Shown: piece after piece, positions 13,276 through 24,816 of the stretch
How the letters are laid out: each line of letters begins with the position of its first letter
Numbering within the stretch: the first letter of the stretch is position 1
Assembly (NCBI GenBank): GCA_964019335.1
Contig: OZ025648.1
Location: 124,001-188,000, forward strand
Length of the DNA stretch: 64,000 nucleotides
From: Diplonema japonicum
Lineage: Eukaryota; Protista; Euglenozoa: Diplonemea
Direction: 5' to 3'
Translations under genes and position numbers: made by a program
Notes under the pieces: generated by a model
The model's database searches: none
Seen by the model: the letters and a program-made list of their open reading frames with translations, nothing else
Told to the model about the DNA's origin: nothing

Positions 13276-15034
13276 ACACTTCTTTTTCTTTTTTTTTTTC
13301 TCTCATTTTTTTCTTTTTGTGAAACAAGGAGAGAAGGAAGCAAAAAAAGAAGAAAAAAAATCAGCGAAACAAGAAAACAAGTAAGCAAAGAAAGAAAAAA
13401 AAGGATATATATGGGGAGGGGGGGGACCAAATATCGCGAAACAATTTTTTTCGATAGCACTTCCTCCCACTCTCACCCCTCCTTTTGGATTGTGGCGGTG
13501 CAAAAAAAAGGGGGCGGGGCAAAAAGAAAAGGAAGAAAACAGGACACTCTTGGAGTAAACGGTGTTTCTTTTTTTTTTTTCTCTTGTCTTGCGTTTTTTT
13601 TTTATTTTTTTTTTTTTTCGGACTGGGCAGCTCAAAAAAAAAGAGGAAAGGGGTGGGGGGTGGAAGAAGAAAGAGAAAAAAAAAGCCCTTTTTTTCGCCT
13701 CCACAGCCCAGCCCTTTCTCCGTTTTTTTTTTTTTTTTTTTTTTTCCTGAGCTTTGTATTTCAGTGTCTCTTTTCCTTGCTTTTATTCCTAAAAAGTATA
13801 ATAAAGGGAAATGTCTAGAAGATGAGAAGAAACGCCTTCTTAAAAAAACGGAAATAGAAACAACCCCTTTTTATTTTCATCATCACTTTTTCTTTTTTTC
13901 TTTTTTTTTTTCCCCTTAGGCTTCGTCTGGCACAGTCTGCTAAGTAGGGAAAGGTGGTGTTCGTGACAAAATCTGGCCAGCCTTCTTCACAAGCAGGAAA
14001 AAAAAAGGGGGGGGGGGAGTGTAGAAGAAAACAGCAAGGTGGGTGCGCACAACGAAGAGCGAAAAGGGAAAAAAAAGGGGGAGGAAAACAAAAAATGGTA
14101 CAAAGATTGAAAGAAGGGAGTCTTTCAATACTTGCGTCTTGAGTACAAGAAAAAGAATGGACGGATTTATTCTTTGTTGGTGTACGTATTCTTCCCAAAT
14201 AAAGAGATTATTTTGTAATGCATGACATCGCCAAACATTCTTTTTTTGATAACTGCAATAACAAGTCCTTTCTGTTCACTATCCCCCCCCCCCCCCCCCC
14301 CCCCCTCTGTCTCAGCAAGAAAAAATACAATAAAAATATAAAAATATAAAAATATAAAAATTGCTTTTTTTTTTTCCTTTTTCTTTTCTTCTTCCCCCTT
14401 CCTAAAGAAAGGTGTTGTGTGTCATTCCAAAAATTAAAACCTTATGGCGGGCAGGCTTTTTTCGGGATTTCTTTTTTATTTTTTCCCTATCATCGTTCTT
14501 CTAACAGACATCAGAGCTCTTCCAGAAAGGCTGAGCGGCGGCTGTGCACCAAAAAAAAAAAAAAAAAGAGACAATGGAGAACAGCTAGAATGGGAGTAAG
14601 AGCAGTATTGAGAGAAACCCTAGATAGAAACAAAAAAAAATGGGGGGGAAGATGAGAGAGGAAAAAAAAAGAAAGAAATAAGGAAATATTTCATATCTTC
14701 CTCTCCCACATTTCTTTTTCGACCATTCTGATTAAGTACATTCTCACTTTGAAAAACACAATATGGCAATCTGCAAAAAAAAATTCAGTGAGCACACAAT
14801 AAGAAAAGAACCCACAAGGGGGAAAAAAGGAAAAAAAAGGGCCGGCTTGCTCAGCACGGTTGTAACTTCGTCCTCTTTTGTTTGTAAATTTTTTTTTTTG
14901 TTTTTGTCGAAGAGGAAGAAGAAAGGGGGAAGTGGGGAAATTTCAGAGAACACAAAAGTGAAAAGAGATGTTATATATAAAGAAAGGAAAAGGAGAAGAA
15001 GGGGAGAAAAAAAAAAGGACTATTCTTGTCTTTT

Positions 15035-15250
15035 TTACAGACCCCCCTCAGTGGGTAAGAAACTGAACTCCTTGCTATAACTAAATCCCTGAGTTATTTT
15101 TTTCTTTTTTTTTCCCCCTTTCCAACACACCAAGAACATTGCTTGCTGGTCCTTCGTCAAAGGAGTCCCTGACATGGGGGAGTTGACAGCGCAGCCCTTC
15201 ATATCAGAAGCTTGAGATTCTGTAACCATGTTCACGGGCTTAGACCAGCT

Positions 15251-15281
<31 letters not shown>

Positions 15282-15892
15282 TTTCACTCTTCAGAAATTA
15301 CTTCACGCACTGGGGGCCCATTACTTCACGCTAAATCTCATTACTTCACGGTGAAATAATGGCCGTGAAGTAATAGGGGGTTTCCGTTAAATAATATGCC
15401 TCGGTAGGCCAATTTTTGCCTCGGTTCGGTTCCCAGTGACTTTTTCCTCTCAGTTTGCTATTTCCCCCCCAGTTCAGCTCAATTGGCCAACTTTTGCCTC
15501 GGCTCAGTTCCAAGTTGGACTACTTTTTCCTCCCAATTTGCCACTTTTGGCTAGGCCTTGTTCCCAGTTTCTGTGGGCAAGGGTAACTTAGTCAGCTTAC
15601 CCAAGCTCCCCAAAAGACTTCAAAATACCGCGCTAGGTATGGGAAGGCCTGATTAGAGATGGTGACAGTGGCAATGCCAGCGACAGCGGCAGCTCTTAGT
15701 CAACAAAAGGAGGAAAAACAACTTGTATTGTAACCTTTGTAACCCCTCTCTTGTTGTACCCCTTGTCACCCTGTTGTGCCCCTCGTGGTGAAGTAATTTC
15801 AGAGTGTCGTGAAATAAAACCACTTACCTACCGCCAAGTAATGCTTTACCGACCTCGAGGTAACGGTAAAGTCATTACTTGCTGGCAGTAAA

Positions 15893-15927
<35 letters not shown>

Positions 15928-18095
15928 CCCCACTCTTCGTCATTTTCTTCACTCACTAGGGGCCTCATAATTTAACGCGAAACGGTCATAATTTAACGCG
16001 AAATCGCCATAATTTAACTAGTTAAATTATGAGATTTTGGAGTTAAATTATGGGGCTTCAGAGTGAAAAAATGGGTCTTGTCGTGGAAAAAAATGTACCC
16101 AACCCCTTGAAAAGTTTTTTTGGGGTGGGGGTATTTTGACTATTTTTGGCCATCTGAGGCCATTCCAGCCCTTAAAAGTGGGAATAAGTGCTTTACTTCC
16201 CCTCTAAATGCCACGGCGAAATAGCAACCCCATATTACCTTAGGAAAATCCCCAAAAAGGCTGACCTGCGTGAAAAAAAACAGCAGTGAAAGCAGTGAAG
16301 AGTGAGTGACTCAAATGACGAAGAGTGAAATAAAACGACTTACTTGTCGCCAAATGAGCCATTATTTAACTCTCGTTACCCGTTTTTTTTAAATTCGGGG
16401 AACTCGAGTTAAATAATGACTCATAATTTGTTGGCAATAAATAGTTATTTTTTTGTATGCACACCACGGGGGCATCGACTCCCCAGACTCAATAGCTGCC
16501 CAGTCAAGGTCCTTCAGCCATGTCTGCCTCCTGATCACATCACCCTCCAACCGCAGGTTGGGATCCTTCTCAAGCAGTGAGCTAATGAAGGTAATAGCCT
16601 CCTTGGTGATGCTGTACGAGGGGTTGAAGTAAGGCTGCGTCTCAAGGATGCTCTTCCAGACTTGGTCAGGGACATCGCTGCCCTGCCCAAAGGCGTGCTC
16701 TCCTGTAAGGAGGTTGAAGCAGACCACACCGTAGGCCCACCAGTCAACTGCGTAGGAGTAAGGCTGCCCGTTGATCATCTCAGGCGCCATGTACTCGGGA
16801 GTCCCGATGAACGTGGTAGCCCTGTCGCCCCACGCCAATGGTCGTGACAGCCCGAAGTCCGCTAGCTTTGCGTTGCCCTTGACGTCAAGCAGGATGTTCT
16901 CAGGCTTCAGGTCCCGGTACACGATGCCGAACTGGTGCAATGTGCGCAGCGCGGTGAACACCTGCGCCGCGTAGTACCTTGCCAGATCCTCCGGCAGCAT
17001 GCCCCCCTCCATGCTGCCCATGTACTCGTACAGGTCACCTCCTGCGCAGTAGTCCAGAACGAAGAACAAGTGCGACGACGACTGGAACGTGTTGTGCAGC
17101 TTCACCAATCCCTGCCCCGCCCACTGTGTGTGCTTCATCATGTCCCTCTCCCGCATGATGAGGTCGCGCCGCCACGTTGGCCGCTCGTTGGTCCCCACCG
17201 ACAGGATCGCACGCTTGTCGAGCGTCTTTAGTGCGAACAACGTCTTCTGCGTCTTGTGCCTCACAAGGAACACCTCCGAGAAGGCTCCTTTCCCGAGAAG
17301 GCGCAGCTTCTCAAAGTCGTCACGTCCGACATGCCCCTCACGGGCCTTGGGGAACAGACGCTCGAAAGTAGTGGGTGGCATGTCGCCGCCTTTAGGCTTC
17401 ACAGTTGCCACGAAGTCGGCCGCCTCATGGATGGCCTTCATGAAGTCCTCCTGCGTGCGGATGGGTGTCGTGTTGATGCGGATGATCACCATGCCAGGCT
17501 CGAACCCAGAAGAGGCACCCACGCTTCCTGTTACGACTTCCGTTATGGTAACAGTGCCTTCTGCCTCGGAGAGAACAAAACCTAGCTTCACGTCTGTGGA
17601 AGACCGTTTCACTTCTAGCTCCAGCAACACACAGGGCTCCTCCTCAGGCTGCACACCCTCCATCGTGGCCTGGACCTGTGCTATCTGTCGCAAAAGCTTC
17701 CGCCTGTGCACCACCTTCGACATCCCTGCCCTCTTCAGCACGTCGTCGTCCAGCTTCACAAGGTCTGCGTGCCCGTGGATGCCATGCGCCGACAGCACCT
17801 CGAAGTACTCCGACATCCCCACCACCAACAGAAAGGGCTTAAGCTCCTTCTCCTCGAGCACCTTCGGTGGAATGGCCTGCTGGTTGTCCCCGGCGTGTTC
17901 CTTTTGTAAGGCCTTGGCCTTTGAAAGATGCGCATAGTAGCATGTTTTATGGAAATTCGAGGTGCACTCGCTGCATCCCCTGTTCCAGCAGGCACTCCCA
18001 CACCAAGCACACCTTGCCTTATTTCCTATGGGCAAGGCAGGGCCCCTGTCTTTGTAATGCCCATTGGCACATGCTATCGATAGTGAGCCCGTCAT
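15035..18095 (-). CDS. AGC-family Ser/Thr kinase with N-terminal Cys-rich finger, SAM and PDZ domains; 3 exons
   Basis: Kinase motifs GKGAFSEV, YRDLKPEN, DFG and GTPEYMAPE. Exons 18095-16468, 15248-15131 and 15088-15035 restore the AGC hydrophobic motif 'QAMFLGFSY'. Introns are 15249-16467 and 15089-15130. Confidence 0.85.
15281..15896 (+). mobile_element. Non-autonomous DNA element with asymmetric inverted repeats and terminal hairpin (family unresolved)
   Basis: Starts ATTTCACTCTTC, has repeated ATTACTTCACG subterminal motifs, and ends GTGAAATAAAAC..hairpin..CAGTAAATAGC; sits in a poly-T tract. Confidence 0.6.
15931..16445 (+). mobile_element. Non-autonomous DNA element (empty-site copy of 58596-60422)
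   Basis: Near-identical to 58599-58668 + 59992-60422; inverted repeat CACTCTTCGTCATTT / AAATGACGAAGAGTG. Confidence 0.8.
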
Positions 18096-18191
18096 CTTGT
18101 CCTGCGCTGCAGTTTGGAAGAACAAAGGAACAAAGGCAAAAAGTTAAAATCTAACTAAAATTTCTATTGAACCTTTCAAAAAAGGTTACTG

Positions 18192-19952
18192 CTACGCCGT
18201 GAGACTTGCACCCAGCCGCAAGGAACCTACATGTGCTGAGTGGGCGTGCCTGCCAAACGCGGTCACCCGTGCGACAGGGACGTTGTGGTGAGGCTCGTGC
18301 CTGACTGGCGATCTGGAGTGTACTTTCTTGCGCGACGACTCTGTGGGGGCTAGCAGCGTGGTTGTAGCCATTCTATAAGGAACTCTGTGGGACTTCGACT
18401 TTGGCAGTTTTTTCCTTTTAGGTGATATAGATGAAGGCCTAAAAGGCGGGCGGGCGTCCACCGCCACAGGCGGCCATGTTTCTTCATGTATGTGTCTTTT
18501 TGCGTCAGAACTCGCAGTCTGCACATTCGCACATCTTGGCGCACCCCGCAGCCTGACCCGCCCACCGCTCTTACTGCCCCCGCTACTCCCCCTGCTCCCT
18601 CTGCTCCCCCTACTGCTCATGCTGGCTTTACTCTCTTTGCTGCTTCCAACTGTGTTGTGCCTGATGTTGCTCACATCGCTCAGGGGCATCTTGCTCCTCC
18701 CTCGATTTTCTCTAACACTTACTTGTTGTTCTTCTATTTCCACGCCAACAGGGACAACCACTCTCTCTATTTTCTCATGAGGTGCTTCCACAACAACCCT
18801 GCCAGTCTGAGTCGTCTGCTCGGTGAGCATTGCAGTGGACTTGGACACCTCCGGTTCGACTTTGCGTGTAGGAAGCACAAGGGGTGCCGTGTTGTGTGTA
18901 CGTTGCACAGGATCTTCCAGCCCGTCATCGTACTTAGTGGTAACAACCACTTGGTCGACACGGCACCCTTTCACTTGCTTCTGCAACGTGTCGCAGAGCT
19001 CAGGCTGCGGGTCGCTGAACACATTGTGGCGTGCCTGTTGTTCTGGGTAAGTGCTCGGAAGTGCCATTACGGGCTGCGCTACTTGCTGCGGAGGGCAGTA
19101 AGTGGGAACGGGTGGGGGCATTGGATGCTGGGACTGCATTGGGTGCTGGGGTAGCACGAGCACACGCTTCCGCTGTGTGGGCCTGATGGGAGGAGGGGGC
19201 GATGACCTGCGAACGCGGGGCATGGGCTCCTCGAAGTTGTAGTGGCACACACCAGAAGAAGCAGCCAATAGCGATACGCAATCACTCATCTCGCTCAAGG
19301 CTGCTTGCAGCGGATCGAGAGGCTTGGAGTCGGGAAGGAACGCAACGGGACGTTCCTGTGATGTCTGCTGCAGACGTTCATCAATCTCTCTGACACCCCG
19401 CTCTTTTTGCGCAACGAAAGCGGGAGCAGGAGGAAGGGGCGGCATGGATGGCATTTCCATCACTTGCTGCTGCGTCAGCTCTACTCTGTAGCGCTCTTCT
19501 TCAAGTTCAAGCAACTGACGCTGCAGGGACATGCGCTGGGTGGCCTCCGCCATCAGGCTTTCCTCTATTGCTTTAAATCCCATTCCAGACGAGGGTGAGG
19601 GCGATGCTAGTAGTACTGTTGAGTCCTCGGGAACAGAAGTGATGCTGGAGGGGTCGATGGGGGCATCGACGGGGAGGAGGTCCTCGTTATCAGACTTTGG
19701 GAGGCCGAACTCGATCGCTGCAATGCACTGCTCTGCACTGAGGTCGAGAGAGCCAGAGACAGACACTGTTGAGACGGACACAGGAGTGACCCGCCCGTGA
19801 TGCACAGACGACCAGACGCTCCCTACTTCATTCAACCATCCCAGATCCCCGGACTTTAAAAGATCTATGTCAAAGTCGTCAAGCGCAGACGACTTCAGCT
19901 CGCACATCGCCTTGTACGTGGCGGGCGGTGAGTCTCCTGATGACACCGACAT
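18192..19952 (-). CDS. Hypothetical low-complexity Pro/Ser-rich protein with coiled coil
   Basis: 586-aa uninterrupted ORF. Confidence 0.75.
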   Translation of the reverse strand: MSVSSGDSPPATYKAMCELKSSALDDFDIDLLKSGDLGWLNEVGSVWSSVHHGRVTPVSVSTVSVSGSLDLSAEQCIAAIEFGLPKSDNEDLLPVDAPIDPSSITSVPEDSTVLLASPSPSSGMGFKAIEESLMAEATQRMSLQRQLLELEEERYRVELTQQQVMEMPSMPPLPPAPAFVAQKERGVREIDERLQQTSQERPVAFLPDSKPLDPLQAALSEMSDCVSLLAASSGVCHYNFEEPMPRVRRSSPPPPIRPTQRKRVLVLPQHPMQSQHPMPPPVPTYCPPQQVAQPVMALPSTYPEQQARHNVFSDPQPELCDTLQKQVKGCRVDQVVVTTKYDDGLEDPVQRTHNTAPLVLPTRKVEPEVSKSTAMLTEQTTQTGRVVVEAPHEKIERVVVPVGVEIEEQQVSVRENRGRSKMPLSDVSNIRHNTVGSSKESKASMSSRGSRGSRGSSGGSKSGGRVRLRGAPRCANVQTASSDAKRHIHEETWPPVAVDARPPFRPSSISPKRKKLPKSKSHRVPYRMATTTLLAPTESSRKKVHSRSPVRHEPHHNVPVARVTAFGRHAHSAHVGSLRLGASLTA

Positions 19953-20022
19953 TTTTTTATAGCATGTTTATCTGTGGGATTATTGATGTGGTAATCAAAA
20001 TACAACAAACACTCTATGGCAA

Positions 20023-22983
20023 TCAATTTGCAGTTGACTCCTCTAGCTCCTGCGCGATCTCAGAAAGCTCGACGGTGTACGACTCGCTAGGTCCCTTGCT
20101 CGCCCGAGCGTACAAGTACCAGACCACAAGTGCCAGGATATGCAAAAGGACGATGTAAATGGAGATAAATACGAGCTGGATGGAGTTCTGATCGATGTTC
20201 GTCGTGACCTGCGGGGCGGGGTGCAGTGCACTTATCAGGACATGGAAGACCTCTGTGTTTTCCTGTCCAGGTCGCAGCAGCTGAGACCCCTTCCCGTTGG
20301 CGTAGACCATGACATCTGATGCAGTGTGCACAGATGATTTGAGTGCCTCGTGGTGTGTGCTGTCTCCAATGTTGTCCTGTAGCTTGATTCCTTTTAGCGT
20401 CGCGAGGTCGTCGTCCCTTCCTAGCCACCCGGGGTTAAGGTCCTTTGCCTTAAAGTCCTCCTTGTAACTGGGGTGGTTGGTATTAACACCTGCGAAGGTC
20501 CACTGTGCGCTGTCCCAGTTGTGCACGTGTAGATTGTTGTCAGCCTCCCAGTCAGGCCATCCAGCTTTCCCGTACATCTTGATGCCCTCTCTGAGGTTGT
20601 CCATTGGCTCGTCAGTGTCCACAGTGCCGTAAACGTCATAGCCACCTGTGGCGTGATCACTCGTTACCACTATTAAAGTGTCTTCGCTCAGACCACGCTT
20701 CTCTAGCCATTCCTGCACTTTGATAATGGTTTCCTGCATCTCAAGCGTGTCTCCTATCATCCTAGTGTAGTCACACGCATGCGCCATCTTGTCAATACTG
20801 GCTGCTTCTACCATCAGGTAGAAGCTGTCCCCTTCTTTCTTGTGAAGAACATCCAAAGCTGCCGTTGCCATTTCGGGCAGCCCCGGCTGTGTGTTCTCAG
20901 GGTCTGCCTGCCTGTCCTTTGATGTCGCCAGGTGCTTCTCTGCGAAGACTCCTAACACCTTATTGTCTTCCTTTGCTACAGACAACTCTTCAGAAGTGTT
21001 GCACACAGTATACCCTAAGGTCTCAAACTGCGGCAAGTGCCGTCCGAGCACTTCAAGGCCGCCACCTAAAAGCACGTCGGCTTGGAACTCCAAAGCCTGC
21101 TGCGCGAGGATCTCAGACTCAGAACGGGACGAGCAGTGACCCCACACGCCAGCAGGCGTTGCGTCCAACAACGAAGCAGTCGTCACAACACCTATCTTCA
21201 TGTTGAACACGCGCCTGACGTACTCTGCTGTTGTCTCGACTGCTGGGTTGTCAGTGAAGTCAGGGGTCGAATCAGGGTACACACCAGTCGCCCCATTGAC
21301 AGTCTTGTGCCCCGTGTTTAGTGCGCTGGCAGAAGCAGCACTGTCCGTGACAATCGATTCGATGGACTTCGTGAAGCAAGTACCTGCATGGTCGAACTTG
21401 TCAGTAGCTAGCTCCCTCCGTGCCACTATCCTTGTCGCCGTCAGCATGGGGAGGGACATCCCATCACCAATCATGAGGATGATATTCTTAGCCCCGTGTC
21501 CCTTTACCTTGTGCACCGTCAGGACTGACGTTGCGCTGCGCATTCCAGACACAGCCGCCAGCGTGGTGTTTGCCTTGATGCTACAGTTTCGCCAAATGTA
21601 ATGAAGGTACTCTTCTGAAGACGTGGTCGCCTTCCCTTTGCAGATGCTTGCAACGTCGGCACCGTTTGCAGTGACTGCAACTTCCGTCAACGCAGCACCC
21701 GGCAGGCCCCTTGGCACAGTCACCCCAACGTCGAACAGCACGCCAGGGAAAATTTTTCCTGTTGCTGGGTATAGCGTCACAGACGACCTAGCCGGCTGCC
21801 ACACGGTCCCGACCCATTGCGCCTTGTCTCCGGAGCGCTTCAAAACAGGCTTGAAGACATCTACTGTGCCGTTGTTAGGAGCAGGCTTCAGATCGAGCAG
21901 CTTACACATCAACGGGTAAAGGTTTACACCAACGAACGGCTCCTTAATGACACCACCGCTTCTGAAGTCGGGCCCCTGTGCAAAAAAAATGGCACGCTGC
22001 GAGATGTCAGTCGAGTTGTACCCGTGCTGGCCGCAACAGACAGAGATTTGATCGCTAGAAGTTTTGATGGACCAGCCTTCCTTTGCGATAATGAGGACGT
22101 CACCGACTCTAGGGGAGTTGGCGATGTGCCAGGATGCAGGTATGTCGGACTTTTTATAAACATCGAGGTGTGGGTGCTGGGCAAGGGCGGTGTAGATGGC
22201 TTCAGTGTTGTTGGTGAAGAGTTGCATGAAGGGACTGTGCCCGCTGATGACCACAGAGGAGGTATCGATGAGTTCGTAGAGGGGGACAACCATGGCTTCG
22301 CTGGTGGTGCTCATACCGTGGTCCGACACGATGAGGAGGTTGGCGTTGTACCTTGTGGCAATTCCGACAAGGCTCTCGATGGTGGCATCCATGCTCTTCA
22401 CGATGGCGGCCACCTGTGTGGAGTTGGGCCCGAACCCGTGCCCCGTGGAGTCGGGCTCCTTGAAGTACGCCATCACAAGCTCAGCGGGCATGTCCTGCCC
22501 CAGCTTGCCTTCAATATATGCAAGTTGTGACGCTTGCGTTGCGCTGTGGTTGTAAGGTAGCACATATGTCGGCTCATGGGCAAAGGACGCCTCGCTCCCT
22601 GGCCAGTAGCTTACAGCAGTAAGCATGCCTTGCTTCTCTGCTGTCTCCCATATTGGCTCCCCTTTAAACCACCCTGTCGATCCTGGCGTTTTCAGGATAC
22701 CAAAATCTTCATTCGTCTCTGAATCATGCATGTGGTTCCCCACAATCCCGTTGTTCTCCGGCCACAGCCCCGTAGCCATGAGGTAGTGGCTCGGAAACGT
22801 CTTCGGGGGAATCGGGGGGAACATCCCTTGGCTTGCCCACCCACCTTGTTTCTTCATCACATCAAAGCCCCTCCCTTCCTCTCTGTCCCAGTCCACATAC
22901 TCCCTTCTGTATCCATCGAAAGACACCACAATGAGAGGTGATCTACTCACTGCGCCCGATAACAGTACAACAAGGACGAGCAT
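20023..22983 (-). CDS. Type I membrane ecto-enzyme: nucleotide pyrophosphatase/phosphodiesterase (NPP) fused to alkaline phosphatase
   Basis: Signal peptide MLVLVVLLSG. NPP motifs VSFDG, KTFPSHY, EPDSTGH, SDHGM, QHGY. AP motifs MIGDGM, TDSAASA, DATPA, IDKMAH, SDHATG, HTASDV. C-terminal TM helix. Confidence 0.9.
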   Translation of the reverse strand: MLVLVVLLSGAVSRSPLIVVSFDGYRREYVDWDREEGRGFDVMKKQGGWASQGMFPPIPPKTFPSHYLMATGLWPENNGIVGNHMHDSETNEDFGILKTPGSTGWFKGEPIWETAEKQGMLTAVSYWPGSEASFAHEPTYVLPYNHSATQASQLAYIEGKLGQDMPAELVMAYFKEPDSTGHGFGPNSTQVAAIVKSMDATIESLVGIATRYNANLLIVSDHGMSTTSEAMVVPLYELIDTSSVVISGHSPFMQLFTNNTEAIYTALAQHPHLDVYKKSDIPASWHIANSPRVGDVLIIAKEGWSIKTSSDQISVCCGQHGYNSTDISQRAIFFAQGPDFRSGGVIKEPFVGVNLYPLMCKLLDLKPAPNNGTVDVFKPVLKRSGDKAQWVGTVWQPARSSVTLYPATGKIFPGVLFDVGVTVPRGLPGAALTEVAVTANGADVASICKGKATTSSEEYLHYIWRNCSIKANTTLAAVSGMRSATSVLTVHKVKGHGAKNIILMIGDGMSLPMLTATRIVARRELATDKFDHAGTCFTKSIESIVTDSAASASALNTGHKTVNGATGVYPDSTPDFTDNPAVETTAEYVRRVFNMKIGVVTTASLLDATPAGVWGHCSSRSESEILAQQALEFQADVLLGGGLEVLGRHLPQFETLGYTVCNTSEELSVAKEDNKVLGVFAEKHLATSKDRQADPENTQPGLPEMATAALDVLHKKEGDSFYLMVEAASIDKMAHACDYTRMIGDTLEMQETIIKVQEWLEKRGLSEDTLIVVTSDHATGGYDVYGTVDTDEPMDNLREGIKMYGKAGWPDWEADNNLHVHNWDSAQWTFAGVNTNHPSYKEDFKAKDLNPGWLGRDDDLATLKGIKLQDNIGDSTHHEALKSSVHTASDVMVYANGKGSQLLRPGQENTEVFHVLISALHPAPQVTTNIDQNSIQLVFISIYIVLLHILALVVWYLYARASKGPSESYTVELSEIAQELEESTAN

Positions 22984-23228
22984 TGTTCCCTGGGAAGCGA
23001 GGGGTGATTTTATTTGTACGAGGGATGTTGGAAGGGAAAAAAAACGAGGGAAGACCCATATTTCTGTAAGAAACCCTGTTTTTTCTTTTCTTTTCTTTTT
23101 CTTTCTTTCTTTCTCTTTTCTCCCCCCCCCCCCCCCCTTTTTCATTCTTTTTCCATTACCCTTCTAACAGACGTCATTATCTACCTCGGTGGTTGTACAG
23201 TTTTTTTTTTTTTCTTTTTTCTTTTCGT

Positions 23229-23260
<32 letters not shown>

Positions 23261-23272
23261 CCTGTCTCTTTT

Positions 23273-23967
23273 CTAGGATCCGGCAAGAAGTGCTTGCAGG
23301 GCGACCTCTTCGCTCCCTTCGCACGCCTCGACTGCTCTTACTATGTTGTCCATGTCAAAGCCCATTCCTTTAAAGCGCTCGATGAGGATCTCAGGAGAAG
23401 CCTTTTGGTTGTCGGGGTTCACAAGAGATTCAGCGGCTTCTGTGAGGCTCATGCCTTTGACAATAATCTGCATATTTTATTAGCAAAGTCAAAGGGGTGT
23501 CAACATACCGCTTCCCGCACAGACTCCTCACCAAAGCCCATCCCGATCAATTCCTGGATAATGTCCTCTTGACTCATGTTGCTTTCGTCCGCGAATTTTG
23601 CCTTGGGTGGTGTTCAAAAAAAAAAATCTGGCCATACCGATGCAACAATAGTCTCCGGCTTTAACTTAAAAACCCCTTTCCCAGCACTGTTCTTGAACCT
23701 CCCGATTAGATCTGCACTTTGCTTAAACCCGTTATAAGTAGTCCCCGCGCGGGTCAGTTTGAAGTCGTAAGGAGGACTGGGGTTAAATGTACCGGTGATG
23801 TCAATACACCCGGAGTCATGGTCCTCCAGCGACCCCGTGACTGTTTTGTCCTCCGGGTTAAAATTCAGCACAGCGAGCAGAGGCACCGTCTCCTTGTCAG
23901 TATTCGTCACTGTCCCCCGGTACGTCCCCGACGCGAAATGCTTGTTGTCATAGTTTAGTTCGTTCAT
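23273..23967 (-). CDS. Protein with two C-terminal UBA domains, 3 exons
   Basis: 'ELIGMGF' and 'RFKGMGF...ALQALL' UBA motifs; two short GTATG introns (~23602-23636, ~23468-23507). Confidence 0.75.
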
Positions 23968-24119
23968 TGTGCCCTTTTCTTTTTTAATAAAAAACGGGGG
24001 TTCTTGGAGGAGAAGAAAAAAGAAGAATCGTTTGCGTCTTCACTACAGAAAAGATGATAACCAGATGAAGAAAGATTTTTTTATGTGGTACGGGGTAAGG
24101 GGGGAGGGAAATGATCCAA

Positions 24120-24726
24120 TCACCATTGCCTCTGCCTCTTTGCATCGTAGTACCCAGAGCCCGACGACCCTGTCTTTGAATAACGCGGGGAATACTTCAT
24201 AGCCTCCCGACCTCGTTTGTTGCACTCACGAGCGAAGTGGCCGTTCTTGCCACACCAACCACACTTACCATCGGGGATCTGTGAGGATGCGTGGGTTTGA
24301 AAGAAAAAAAAAAGAAGAAGAAGGAAAGCCACATACTCCATCATCGTGGTACTGCACGAATAGGTCGTCCCCTCTGTTGACCTTCTTCCCCTTCTCTGAA
24401 GTAGCCCCCATCACGTCAAATCCGACCATTGTTTTCGCCCATTTTTTATCCGTGAATTCAATCCACCCGAACCCCGCAAACTTAAGTTCTTCCTTATGCA
24501 CTGCCCATGTGATCCCATCTTCCGCCACTGCCGCCCACCCTTCCTCCCCCAGCAGCTCCCTCACGCTCAGATCATTGAACTCCTCGTTACAATTCGACAC
24601 CTTCACCAACAGCCCTTCTTCTTTTTGCTCCACCTCGTATTCCTCCTCTTCCTCCTCGGGTACGTACCTCGGCTTCTGACCCGTTGCCTTCTTCTGCTCT
24701 TCCCCTGTGCTCTTCACCTTCTTCAT
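24120..24726 (-). CDS. RRM plus CCHC zinc-knuckle RNA-binding protein, 2 exons
   Basis: RNP1-like 'GFGWIEF'; 'CGWCGKNGHFAREC'; GTATG...CAG intron near 24279-24336. Confidence 0.75.
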
Positions 24727-24816
24727 TTTCTTTTCTTCCCTTCTGGATTGAATTTGCAATATTGAAATCAAAAGAAAAGAAAAGGAATATTCTATAATAA
24801 GCAAGTCTAAAGGTTT

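Noticed and set aside
6200-15000. Many poly-K/poly-F ORFs
   Set aside because: Translations of A/T homopolymer spacers; not coding.
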